IMG/VR virus record: IMGVR_UViG_3300027728_000010
DNA length: 64,000 nucleotides
Origin: an uncultured virus (IMG/VR IMGVR_UViG_3300027728_000010)
Lineage: Duplodnaviria > Heunggongvirae > Uroviricota > Caudoviricetes
Reading direction: 5' to 3' (one strand)
Within the stretch, counting starts at the first letter, position 1. The number at the start of each line of letters is the position of its first letter. A program made the translations under genes and the position numbers. Under the pieces are notes generated by a model. That model saw nothing but the letters and a program-made list of their open reading frames with translations. It ran no database searches and was not told the origin of the DNA. Of the stretch, positions 27,161-38,230 are shown one piece after another.

Positions 27161-30131
27161 ATGAAACTAATAAAAAGATTGGGTAAAAAAATTTGGGTAA
27201 AATTCCAAATATCGATGAGAGACGGCATTCTTTCAAAAAAAACTGAAAATATTGATGCTTACGAACAAAAGGCAATGTCAATTTTTAGAAAAATGTTAAG
27301 ACATCCTGAATCCAAGTTTACAATAGCTCCTGTTTCTGGTAAAAAATATATTGTGAATAAACCTTTAGGAATATTCATTATGATTGATGGTTCTTTTTTA
27401 GAAATTACAAATCACATATATCACTACGAAATAAAATTAAAATATAATAATGCAATGAGACTTATTAGGTTATTTAATTCAAGAGTTGAGGAAGATGCTA
27501 TTTCATATGAAAAAGAAATAAAATCAAATATACAAATGTCATTAGATACCATCTTAACAAAAGTTACATCCAAAAAATGAAAGAATATGAAATATACGAA
27601 AGATTAATTATTGTCACTACCAGTATTAGAATTCATAGTTTTATTGGTTTTACTTGTCTTTCGTCTTTTGTTTTTGAAAATATTATGTTATTATTAGGTT
27701 ACGTACATTTTGATGTATTCTATGTTATGTCTTCAATATTTTTAACACTTGGATTTTTTGAAAACAAAAAATTATTTCAAGATTATGTTAAAGAATATGA
27801 TGATTTACAAGAAAAATTAAAAAATTTATTTGACAAGTAATGAAAAAATATATAATAATTGCAACAATGGCTTTAATATTAGAGGTTGGGTCAACTTTTT
27901 ATATCAGTTATGTGTCTGATAAAAATTTATTTGGGATGATAATATTTGCATCAATTGGACCTTTTTTGGGTCTACCATTTGTTGGGTATATGGTTGAAAG
28001 TAAAACTTGGTTAGAAAGATTTAAAATGGCTCTATCATCATCAATTGGATATTTAATTGGTTCAATAATTACTTATTTTATGATTACAAAATATAATATA
28101 TACTAAAATGAAAAAAGTTATTTACCTATCAGTTTTAATTTTGTTAGCGTCTTGCGAAACAAATGATTACAAATACAAAATAAAAGGAAAAGTTTATATA
28201 CCAACATCAGGATTAAATCCAATGCATGACGCTGTTTGGTATGCGGACTCAATTACTTTTAGAAACGACACTATTGTTTATAAAAACAGTGATGGTAGTG
28301 AAGTTAAAATAAACCCCCCATATAAAATTTACAAATTAAAATGAGTGAAATAAAAAAGATTTTACACGGACAATTAATGTCAGAACATAGACGTTTGACA
28401 AATGAAATTTCAGACATTAAAGCGCAAAGTTTTGAACTAAATGAAGAAGAAATTAAAAGAGTTCAAATGTTAGAAATGCAAGTAAAAAAAATTGCAGAGC
28501 AGTTATACACCCTTTATGAAAGTTAGTAATTAAATTTATGAAATTTGACAAAAGAATATTGGAATTAAGTAAAACCATCTATCAAACCTCCGTTATGTGT
28601 CATAATGACAAAGGTAATCCAACCAAACAGATTGACAAAATCAGGGGAATGATACGTGAGTTTATTAAACTTGAAGTTGTTCCCTATGAATTAACTGAAA
28701 GCGAAAAAACAACATTCATTGTTGAAAATGAATTAAAAATTACTTCTGCCGTTATGAAAGGACATAAGGCATGTGATAATGATGAGTTTGTAGAAATTAG
28801 AAAAAAAATTGAAAAATACAGAAAAGATTTAGGATTAATATGAGTGAAGATAGAATACCGTACTTACCAAAAGAAAACTTTGAATATGAAGACCAACAAC
28901 TTTGGGACAATACTTTAAGAGATGGTCTTGAAGAATTTGAAGTATCAGAAACAATTCAAAAAATAAGAAATTATTATAATGGTCATCACAACATTGATGG
29001 AAGACCACCATCAAAAAAAGATTTCAACGAGTACCTTGATTCATTAGAAAAAAATTTGTAATTTTGATATTATGGGAAAAATAATAATAGAATTTGATTC
29101 TGCGGAAGAATCACAAGATGCAAGAGTTGCATTAGATGGTTACAAATGGAAACTTGCCATGTGGGATTTGGACCAAAAATTAAGGTCAACTGTAAAACAC
29201 GGACAAAAATTTAGTGGAACCGGTGATGCGTCCAGTGAAGAAATAGACGTTTGTGACAAATTAAGAGAAGAAATAAGAAGTATTTTGGATGAGTATAGTT
29301 TAAATTTAAATGATTAAAAAGAGTAAGATGACAGCAGTAGAGTGGTTGGTTGAGCAGATATGCGGAGACCACACAAGTGAATGGCAGAAACAAATAGAAC
29401 AAGCAAAAGAAATGGAGAAGCAACAAAGCCATGCAGAATATATGCGAGGGTGGAAGGATGGACTAACTAAACAAGAAACCTTTAATGCTAAAGAGAAATG
29501 AAAACATTAATAAACATAGTGATTGTACTTGCCTTATTAACGCAAGTATCTCACGCAACTTATGTATTTAATGCAATAGCACAAAACACTAACTCCACTT
29601 TTACTCAAATTATATCTTGGGTTTTTGCATTAAGTCTAGAAACATCAATATTTATTTTTACAATGTTTTCTAGAAAAAAAACAGCAACAATGTTTGCTGT
29701 TATTTCAACTTTAATAAATATACTTTATTACTGGTACTCTCCAAAATGGTCATTAGAATTTGTAGGGATGTTAATAATAAGTCCTATTATTCCTTTAACC
29801 ATATGGAATTACTCTGAACTATTAAAATCTTTAGAAAGAAAAGTAGGAAGACCTAGAAAGGATTAAGTATTAACCTTTAAATCAGAATAAGATGACAGAA
29901 AGAGAAATACAATTACTTGGTTTTGAAAAAAACTATATGGATGAAGATGATGATTACTATTACTTTTTGGATATTGCTAGTGGTTTAGGTTTTATATCTT
30001 GCTCAGGGTTTGAAGGACAAAACAACGGTTGGTATGTTAACGTCTTTAACACAGAACCATCAATTAGATTTACAAGTTTTGGTGAATTACAGGGATTGAT
30101 TAATAAACTTACAAACGCAATAGTAAAATGA
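27161..30131 (+). CDS. run of ~11 short hypothetical/membrane ORFs
   Basis: tightly packed co-directional ORFs in the track (27161-27580 through 29892-30131). Confidence 0.6.
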
Positions 30132-30373
30132 GTGATTTTAATAGGACATATCCTAAACCTGGTGAAAAATACCAACACTATAAGGGTGGTCAATACGAAG
30201 TTATTTGTATGTGTAATCACACAGACACAAATGAACCACTTGTGATTTATAAATCAATTTCTTTTGGCTCACAATATGCGAGACCATTTTCTGAGTGGTT
30301 TAATGAGGTTAAACCTCGTATAATTGGTGATAAAGTGTACCCGATGAAAAGATTTGAAAAAATAGAAGAATAA
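30128..30373 (+). CDS. DUF1653 family protein
   Basis: YQHYKGGQYEV...E.LVIY...ARP..W. Confidence 0.85.
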   Translation: MSDFNRTYPKPGEKYQHYKGGQYEVICMCNHTDTNEPLVIYKSISFGSQYARPFSEWFNEVKPRIIGDKVYPMKRFEKIEE

Positions 30374-30690
30374 TGAATAAATTAGATTTAGATTATCAAA
30401 ATTTGCTCCAAGACATTTTAGATAATGGAATTGAAAAGAAAGACCGAACAGGTACAGGAACCAAATCAATATTTGGTTATACCATTCGTCATAATATGAG
30501 TGAGGGATTTCCTGTACTTACAACCAAGAAAATGTATTTCAAAGGAATTGTAACAGAATTGTTATGGTTCTTACGTGGTGATACATCAATAGAGTATCTA
30601 CTCAAAAACGATTGTAATATATGGACGGGTGACGCATATCAAGCATACTTGAAGGAATGTGAAAAGTTAAAAAAAGATGAAGAAAAATAA
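30373..30690 (+). CDS. thyA: thymidylate synthase, N-terminal fragment
   Basis: DRTGTGT, FPVLTTKK, ELLWFLRG, NIW; ends in TAA. Confidence 0.92.
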   Translation: MNKLDLDYQNLLQDILDNGIEKKDRTGTGTKSIFGYTIRHNMSEGFPVLTTKKMYFKGIVTELLWFLRGDTSIEYLLKNDCNIWTGDAYQAYLKECEKLKKDEEK

Positions 30691-30734
30691 TGACTTTTGT
30701 TGGTTTTTAGATATTTATTATAAAAGAAACCAAA

Positions 30735-31706
30735 ATGTGTCTAAAAAATAAAATTGAAACAACACTGTGTGTGTTAAAAAATGGTGAATATAAAATATTA
30801 TCTCAAAAATTGAGGGTTATTAATACATTATTTATTAATGAGATTGTTAATTATACCAAATTTTTAGATGAATATAATCCTAAATTAGTTGATAGGGTAA
30901 GATATATCTTAAAATCTAAAGATAGTATTAATACGTGTATTCATTGTAGTAAACCTATAATTGATTTAAATAAAATGTTTTGTTCCACTAAGTGTAATAA
31001 TAATTCTGAACAAACAAAAAATAAATTTAGAGAGAATTATCAAAATTTATCTGAAACGGAAAAAATAGTAAGAAATGACAAAAGAACTAAAACTGTTAAT
31101 CAAAAATACGGTGGGTATACTTTACAAAGTCCTGAACTAAAAAAGAAAATGAAATCAACTATGATTCAAAAATATGGTGTTGAACATTCTTTTCATAGTG
31201 ACACGATAAAACAAAAAGCGTTAAATACTTGGATTAAAAAGTATGGAGTAGATAACCCATTCAAATCTAGTAATATAAAAGAGAAAATAAAACAAGTATT
31301 AAAAGATAGGTATGGTGTTGATAATTCAGCTAATGTTAATCCAGAAATTAGAGTTAATAAAGGTATTAAAACAAAAATTGAAAGGGGGTGGATAATACCT
31401 GATGAGTTTTTATCGGATTACCAAATTTACAGAAAAAAAGTTAAACGATTAACTGAAACAACATATAAAACATATAAAAATATTATAAACCCAAATAATT
31501 TAGAAAGAGTTACGAATGGAAAAAATGGGTATCAGTTAGACCACAAATATTCAATAATTGAAGGATTTTTGAATAATGTAGAACCAAAAATTATTAGTCA
31601 TCACCGTAATCTACAAATGATAGAATGGGGTAGTAATAGAGCTAAAAGTAAAAGATGTGATATTGATTTAGAACAATTAAAAAATGAAATAAAAAGTTAT
31701 GAATAA
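30735..31706 (+). mobile_element. HNH homing endonuclease splitting thyA
   Basis: KYGVxN repeats; C-terminal LDHKYS...RNLQMI...NRAK. Confidence 0.85.
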
Positions 31707-32451
31707 AGAACATTTACATTCGGAAGGGAGACCTTACACAAAAGAAGAATTTGTTGAAAAAATTAAAACTGATAAAAAGTTTGCTGAGAGATTTGGAAAT
31801 CTTGGAAAAATCTATGGGTATCAATGGCGTAATTGGAATGGAGAAATTGACCAAATATCAGATTTGATTAAACAACTCAAAGAGAGCCCTGATAGTCGTA
31901 GATTACTTGTTTCAGCGTGGAACCCATCAGATTTACCACACCAAGTTCTACCACCTTGTCATTATGGATTTCAAGTTTATACAAGAGAGTTGAGTTTAGA
32001 AGAAAGATTAGAGTTAGCATTAAAAACTTATGATGTGTTTGACCCATTAGATTTTGGCATTCCAGCCAAAGTAGACCACGATGAAATTGATAAAATGTAT
32101 CCTGTTCCCAAACGAGCAATCTCTTTAATGTATAATGCCAGAAGCCAAGATGTTCCACTCGGAACACCATTTAATTTAGCATCTTATGGATTACTTCTAA
32201 TGATATTAGCAAAAGAGGTTAATATGGTTCCTGATGAGTTGATTGCAAATATGGGTGATTGTCATATCTATATGAATCAAATTGATGGTGTGAAAGAACA
32301 ATTAACAAGAGAACCATTTGAGTTACCAACTCTTAATCCGTTCCCAACTTATGAAGGGTCAAGACCATCCATAGAATCTTATACTATTGGTGATTTTACA
32401 CTTAAAAATTACAAATCACACCCAAGTATAAAAATGCCACTTTCTAATTAA
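31699..32451 (+). CDS. thyA: thymidylate synthase, C-terminal fragment
   Basis: LGKIYGYQWR, SRRLLVSAWNP, catalytic LPPCH, RSQDVPLGTPFN, GDCHIY. Confidence 0.92.
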   Translation: MNKEHLHSEGRPYTKEEFVEKIKTDKKFAERFGNLGKIYGYQWRNWNGEIDQISDLIKQLKESPDSRRLLVSAWNPSDLPHQVLPPCHYGFQVYTRELSLEERLELALKTYDVFDPLDFGIPAKVDHDEIDKMYPVPKRAISLMYNARSQDVPLGTPFNLASYGLLLMILAKEVNMVPDELIANMGDCHIYMNQIDGVKEQLTREPFELPTLNPFPTYEGSRPSIESYTIGDFTLKNYKSHPSIKMPLSN

Positions 32452-32600
32452 ATTATGAAAAAAGAAAAAAAGTTAATTACTATCGATTTAAGTAATTGTA
32501 AAAATTGGAACGAATGTCAAAAAGTTATTGAGATGGTATATTCGGGTAAAATTAAAATAAATGTCACAACAATCAAAGCGCCTTTATCAAATTAAAAATT

Positions 32601-33308
32601 ATGAACCAACAAAACAATTGGAATGACCCACAATTATCAGATGGAGATTTTCCACAAGAAAACAAAACAAAATTCCAAGTAGGAGACAAAGCAGTTAAAG
32701 TAAAGGGATATAAATTTCCTTGCACCATCGTATCAGTATTTCAAACCGTAGAAGGAAATGTTCGAGTAGTTGGTGAAATGGATGAATACGGACTTCTTCA
32801 CATCTTTAATGAAGACCAATTAGAAAAGGCATGAAGTTTATAAAATACCTTCTACTATGGATTTCTGGTAATCTTTCCATACCATTTTGGATGGTTGGGC
32901 ATGTTCATCTTACAATGAACGTTTATGAGGATATACATGAGATTATTGCGTCATCGTTAATGAATATATTAGTAGCCATAGGGTTTTATGTTAGTTGGAT
33001 AGATTATAAAAAAGAAAATAAATAAAAAAATGAAAGAAAAAGAAATTAAAACAGAAAAAGTAGAAAAGAAAAAAGTTTATCGTAGACCCAAAAAAGTTGT
33101 TGAAGAAACTAAAGTTAAAGATGATGAGATTCTTGATATGTACACAAGAGCCGGAGAAGTTTATCAGAATGTTATAAAAACCCCAAAACAAGTTGGATAT
33201 TACAGAATAGGAAAAAGCTTTAATATTTTCTTTGAAAAAAAACCATGTGGTCTTCACAGATTTTTTACCAAGGTCTTATTAGGTTGGAATTGGTTTGACC
33301 AAAAATAA
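32601..33308 (+). CDS. three short hypothetical ORFs (32601-32834, 32831-33025, 33030-33308)
   Basis: ORF track, co-directional. Confidence 0.6.
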
Positions 33309-33309
33309 A

Positions 33310-33334
33310 AAACCCCTCGTTTAAGAGGGGGTTT
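33310..33334. terminator. bidirectional terminator
   Basis: AAACCCCTC-gtttaa-GAGGGGGTTT between convergent genes. Confidence 0.75.
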
Positions 33335-33338
33335 AAAA

Positions 33339-34175
33339 TTATTTAAGTAGGTTGTAATACTCTTTGAAGTGTTTAATCCTATCAGATAAACCCAAAGTCC
33401 CACCATTAACTCTTTTTGTGACTGATGTAACCGTAGCATCATCCGCTCCCTTATCACAAATTGCCCATAACTTATTAGAGTCAAAGAAGAACGCAGCAGA
33501 TGCCAATGGATATTTGGTTGCAACTAAATCAGGATTTGAAACACAATCTTCACCAATAAATTGAGTAAACTTTGTGTAGTTTGCTTTACCAGTTAATTGA
33601 ATGTAACCTCTACCTCTGAACTTATAACCTTCTTTTGATGCTTCATCACCATTACCCATTCTATTTCCGTAAACACGAGATGCAATTTTTTCAGGTTGTT
33701 TAGCATAAGATTCATTTAAGTTTCCTGGAAAATACTTACCAAAGATTTTTTTCAAACCATCTGCAGAATAATTTAAATTTTCACTAACTGCTTTAAATCC
33801 ACCTGACTCGTGACCACATTGTGATAAAAAGTGAGCCAATCTTAAATTATTTGTGATGTTAAATTTCTTTGCGGTATCAGGAATTTGTGCAAGAACTACA
33901 TCAGGAATATGACCCTTTAATTTTTCAATGTTTAATGGACCCCCTGATGGAATAACAACATCTTCTTTAATTACCTTGGCTGTCGGTTCAGATTTACCAA
34001 AAAGTTTAGCCCAAGTCGCATCCCCAACGATACCATCATCTTTTAAACCATTTGCTTTTTGCCAAGCTTTAACGGCTGCTTCAGTTTTTGGACCAAATGT
34101 CCCTATGGCTTCTACGCCTAATTTTTCTTGGAGTTTTTTTACTTCGTCTCCTTTCGAACCATTCTTTAGTATCAT
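33339..34175 (-). CDS. endolysin: peptidoglycan-binding domain + GH19 lysozyme
   Basis: GDEVKKLQ..FGPKTEAAVKAWQ..DGIVG; AHFLSQCGHES, FRGRGYIQLTG, TKRVNGG. Confidence 0.93.
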   Translation of the reverse strand: MILKNGSKGDEVKKLQEKLGVEAIGTFGPKTEAAVKAWQKANGLKDDGIVGDATWAKLFGKSEPTAKVIKEDVVIPSGGPLNIEKLKGHIPDVVLAQIPDTAKKFNITNNLRLAHFLSQCGHESGGFKAVSENLNYSADGLKKIFGKYFPGNLNESYAKQPEKIASRVYGNRMGNGDEASKEGYKFRGRGYIQLTGKANYTKFTQFIGEDCVSNPDLVATKYPLASAAFFFDSNKLWAICDKGADDATVTSVTKRVNGGTLGLSDRIKHFKEYYNLLK

Positions 34176-34285
34176 AATATTTAATTTTCCTATAAATACT
34201 ATTTTAAAATTTAAAGTAAAGAAAAAATAACAAAAAAGTTGAATAAACTATTTTTTGAAAATACTTATTATAAAAACTAAAAATT

Positions 34286-34885
34286 ATGAAGTACACAAGA
34301 GAACAGGTTGAAGCCACCTTAAAGGCTAAAGGATATGTTTACTTTGAAGATGCAAACGCCAAAGGATTTGATGTAAACATTATTGGTATTAGAAACTCTG
34401 ATACTGGTCAAAAAGTTACAAATGCTTTTGATGACTTACTTACTTTAAGTTATAAAGATGAAACAGGTGTTTGGAAATATCACGAATGGCCGGCAACTAC
34501 AGACCCAGGTAAAAAAGGTGTAATGGAATACCATAACGCTAAAGGGGTTGCAAGATTAGTTGAAGGACAATATAGAGGTTCACACACAATCGGATTACAT
34601 CAAGGTAAGTATGAAGCTTTAAGACAACAAAAGAACGTAAAAGTTTATCGTGATGCAAATCGTGATTTAAGTTATGATGAAAACAAAATGGATGAAGGTC
34701 TTTTTGGAATTAACATTCACAAAGCAGGTGCTGACTCAACATATGTTGAAAACTGGTCTGAGGGATGTCAAGTTTTTAAAAGAAGTAAAGATTTTGAAGA
34801 ATTTATGAAAATATGTAGAAAGGCTCGTGAAAAACATGGGAACTCTTTCACTTATACATTAATTGAAAGTAGCGACATAAAATAA
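34286..34885 (+). CDS. putative L,D-transpeptidase/YkuD-like cell-wall enzyme
   Basis: GINIHKAG...WSEGCQV (H...SxGC). Confidence 0.6.
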   Translation: MKYTREQVEATLKAKGYVYFEDANAKGFDVNIIGIRNSDTGQKVTNAFDDLLTLSYKDETGVWKYHEWPATTDPGKKGVMEYHNAKGVARLVEGQYRGSHTIGLHQGKYEALRQQKNVKVYRDANRDLSYDENKMDEGLFGINIHKAGADSTYVENWSEGCQVFKRSKDFEEFMKICRKAREKHGNSFTYTLIESSDIK

Positions 34886-34902
34886 AAATTAAAAATACTT
34901 TA

Positions 34903-36813
34903 ATGAAAATTATCTTTAACCTAACCTTAACCCTTTTATTATTATTACCATTTATTGGTTTTTCACAAGTAGTTCCCCAAGCACCATCAAATGGTATTTG
35001 GGGACTAATTGACACTCAGTATCAAGTTGGTACAACAGCTCAAGGAACAACACAAGCAAAAATAACTTTACAAAACACTACCGTTACAAAATATGCTGGT
35101 ACACAATTTAGAGTTTTTTATGACAACGTTGCTTTTACAAATGCTACCGTTTCTTTAATTGGTTCAACAACAAACTTAGATTTACAATATGTAACAAATA
35201 CTGCAAATGGTTTTATTACTATTACTTTAGTTTATACGGGACCAAGTTCAACTTACACTTTAGCAAATGGTGAAAGATTTTTAATCACTTTTACTCACGC
35301 AGCTCCTGCAGTGTTTAATAACTTAGCTGCGATATCCCCATTAACGTGGACAGGAGCACAAGTGTTTCCATCATATACAGCAAAACAAGATGGTATGGAT
35401 ACCACGTTTAATGTACATAACTATGGAGGTAACTTTATATTCCAAAACTTTCAATATGCAGGGACATTTACAAACGTAACAGGTTCACCGGCTAAATATC
35501 TTCCATTGGCTCTTCAAAGAAGACCACAAACTGGAGGTTCTTGGGTTCAACACTCGGCATATACTACCGACATTAATGGAAACTTTTCAATATCAGTACC
35601 ATTGGATACAACATATTGGGATGTTAGATTAGCAATCCAAGGAGACACTATGGGTGTTGGTAATGTTGTTTCATCAACAGATGCACAACAAGTTAACCAA
35701 TGGGTGTTAGGTAATGGTACTATGACAGGATTTGATTATTACACTTCTGATGTAAACAATTCAGGAAACATTACAATTTCAGATGTATGGGGTGTATTTG
35801 GTAGAGTATCGGGTAGATTTACAGATTGGCCAAATAACGTACAAGATGTTAAATTCTTTACGGCTTCTGAATATTCAACAATTAACGGGTCTAACACAAA
35901 CTACACACAATCAATACAAGGTGTAACAAACTTTACTTTTGATATAGTTGCAGGTCAACCATCTACTGTTACTTTCTATGTAATGGTTCCAGGTGATGCT
36001 AACGGTACAGGTTACCACATGGCTCGTGTAACACCTATTGAAGTATTAGTAGGACCTATACCTGGTTTACAATCACAAATTTATAATGTGATTGATACTA
36101 AAGTTGAGTACGATTTCCCAACATCAACAATAGAAGTAAATGTTCCAAACATTACTGTTGAAGCAGGAAACTTGGTAAACTTACCTGTAAAAGTTTATAC
36201 AAACGGACAGGAATTATCATCATTACAATTTGGATTAAAATATGACACAGACCTTTTAGAATTCAAAGGGATTTATTCCACATCAAATACTATGGAATGG
36301 ATTACATATGTTAATCCTAATGATGGACAAGTTGATTGGGGTGGGTTTGATATTACAAATAACGAACAAACATTAAAAAATGGTGATGAGGTTGTAACTC
36401 TTCAGTTTATTGCAAAACAACCACAAAATCTTTGGGAAGATAGTCCATTATACACTTCTTTAAAGTTTGCGGGAAATAACGAAGCTAAAGATTTAACAAT
36501 CACACCAACAAATGGAATTCTTCAAGTATTGAAAAGTAATATTGGTGAATTGAATGGTAATGTAATATCTGTATATCCTAATCCGGTAACAACAGATGTG
36601 ACAATCACATTTGAAGTAAAAGAAACGACAAATGCAAATCTTTCAGTATACGACATGGTTGGTAGAAAGTTAGTTACAATTTTGGACACACAAATACCAA
36701 ACGGACAATATACTTACAATGAAAATTTAGGACAATTAGAGCCTGGAGTTTACATAGTGACTTTAAACGTTGAAAATGAAACTCCAAAATTTGAAAAAAT
36801 TGTAAAACAATAA
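34903..36813 (+). CDS. secreted protein with cohesin- and dockerin-like domains and T9SS C-terminal sorting domain
   Basis: signal peptide; DVNNSGNITISD; LSSLQFGLKYDTDLLEF; ISVYPNP...YDMVGR...PGVYIV...KIVKQ. Confidence 0.85.
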   Translation: MKIIFNLTLTLLLLLPFIGFSQVVPQAPSNGIWGLIDTQYQVGTTAQGTTQAKITLQNTTVTKYAGTQFRVFYDNVAFTNATVSLIGSTTNLDLQYVTNTANGFITITLVYTGPSSTYTLANGERFLITFTHAAPAVFNNLAAISPLTWTGAQVFPSYTAKQDGMDTTFNVHNYGGNFIFQNFQYAGTFTNVTGSPAKYLPLALQRRPQTGGSWVQHSAYTTDINGNFSISVPLDTTYWDVRLAIQGDTMGVGNVVSSTDAQQVNQWVLGNGTMTGFDYYTSDVNNSGNITISDVWGVFGRVSGRFTDWPNNVQDVKFFTASEYSTINGSNTNYTQSIQGVTNFTFDIVAGQPSTVTFYVMVPGDANGTGYHMARVTPIEVLVGPIPGLQSQIYNVIDTKVEYDFPTSTIEVNVPNITVEAGNLVNLPVKVYTNGQELSSLQFGLKYDTDLLEFKGIYSTSNTMEWITYVNPNDGQVDWGGFDITNNEQTLKNGDEVVTLQFIAKQPQNLWEDSPLYTSLKFAGNNEAKDLTITPTNGILQVLKSNIGELNGNVISVYPNPVTTDVTITFEVKETTNANLSVYDMVGRKLVTILDTQIPNGQYTYNENLGQLEPGVYIVTLNVENETPKFEKIVKQ

Positions 36814-36832
36814 ACAATAAATAAAAAACAAA

Positions 36833-37177
36833 ATGTCAGAAGAACAAACACAAGAGACTAACGATGGAACGTGGTCAGGTTTAAAAAAAACAATCGTTGG
36901 AACGATAACAACAGTAATTGCTGGTGGTGGGACTTGGTTAGGTGTAATGTTATTTGGTGGAAGTGACGAAGAACCAAAAGAAGAAACAAAAACAGAACAA
37001 TCAGGAGGTCAAGCACCAATCACAATAAATGTACAACAGAACCAAGAAAATAAACAAAAAACTGAGAACAATAATGGCGGTGGAACTGTAGTTAGAGAAA
37101 GGGTTATTGAAAGACCTGCACAACAACCACAACCACAACCCGAAAAACCAAAAAAGGTTGAAGAAGAGTCTTGGTAA
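36833..37177 (+). CDS. single-TM protein
   Basis: one hydrophobic segment, low-complexity tail. Confidence 0.7.
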   Translation: MSEEQTQETNDGTWSGLKKTIVGTITTVIAGGGTWLGVMLFGGSDEEPKEETKTEQSGGQAPITINVQQNQENKQKTENNNGGGTVVRERVIERPAQQPQPQPEKPKKVEEESW

Positions 37178-37202
37178 CAAATAAATAAATAAAAATAAAA
37201 AA

Positions 37203-37490
37203 ATGGGAGAAAAAAAAGTAAAAAAGAAAGCATCATTCTTTGTTAAAATGTTTATGGATGAAAATGATATTAATGAAAAATCAATAGTTGGTTTTGGGTC
37301 ATTTTTAATGATGGTTATCTGTTTAGGTGTTGATATCTACACAGGATTTCACGGACAAAAAATGCCAATTAATCAATTCATTTATGACGGATTTCTATGG
37401 ATTACTTTAGGTTCATTTGGAATTGCTTCAGTTGACAAATATTTGTCAGGTAAAAACAAAACTAACGAAGAGGAAGAAGTAGAAGGATAA
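37203..37490 (+). CDS. two-TM membrane protein
   Basis: two hydrophobic segments. Confidence 0.7.
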   Translation: MGEKKVKKKASFFVKMFMDENDINEKSIVGFGSFLMMVICLGVDIYTGFHGQKMPINQFIYDGFLWITLGSFGIASVDKYLSGKNKTNEEEEVEG

Positions 37491-38230
37491 TGAAAAAATT
37501 ACTCTATATACTACCTTTGGTATTGATTGGATGTAAAACTGCACAAGCTCAACCCCCTCAAAACGGAGGGGGAATTGGGTCTGTAAAAACAGAAAATTAT
37601 GTTGCAGACTTTGAAAAAAAACAATCAATAGATTCAGTTGCAGAATATACTGACACAATCCAAGTTCCAATTCAGTTATTAAAAATTGGAATTAACGAAG
37701 AGTTGTATTCATTATATCCTGAGTTGAAAGACAAAAGAGTCGGTTTAGGTGTTACAAATATAGTAATTGAATATTTGGAATACACAAACAGATTTATTTT
37801 CACAGAAGAAAAAGAAGAAATAAAACAACGTATGATTGCTCAAGACAAAGCCTCAGACAAAGGGGTTTCTTCAAATAAAATAGAAGTAAAAGGAAATGTA
37901 GTTTTAGCAAAATACTTCGTATATATTGAAGTATATGACTTTAGTGTTTCAGAAGATGAAATTGTTAAAGTTAATGGTCAACAAACAGTAAATCAAACAA
38001 CAAGATTAGGGCTCCAAATAAAATTTGTGGATGCAGAAACAAGTCAAGTTATTGTTGGTTCAGGTTTAGGTGAGGCGGTCACAATTAAAACAACTTCAAT
38101 TCTTGGGGACATTTCAGACGATGTTAAATTTAATCAATCAACAATAGGTATATCAACAAAGAAAGCTTTAGAAACCGCATCATCAAGAGTGGTTAAAAGA
38201 CTTATCACAAAAGGTATATTCCCGCGGTGA
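37490..38230 (+). CDS. CsgG/HfaB-like lipoprotein
   Basis: lipobox LIGC; TNRFIFTEE; LQIKFVDAETSQVIVGSGLGEA. Confidence 0.7.
   Translation: MKKLLYILPLVLIGCKTAQAQPPQNGGGIGSVKTENYVADFEKKQSIDSVAEYTDTIQVPIQLLKIGINEELYSLYPELKDKRVGLGVTNIVIEYLEYTNRFIFTEEKEEIKQRMIAQDKASDKGVSSNKIEVKGNVVLAKYFVYIEVYDFSVSEDEIVKVNGQQTVNQTTRLGLQIKFVDAETSQVIVGSGLGEAVTIKTTSILGDISDDVKFNQSTIGISTKKALETASSRVVKRLITKGIFPR

Noticed and set aside
30690..31706. Group I intron in thyA (as in T4 td)
   Set aside because: Only 44 nt of noncoding sequence, no recognisable P-Q-R-S core, and the downstream half has its own ATG; not formally excluded without Infernal.
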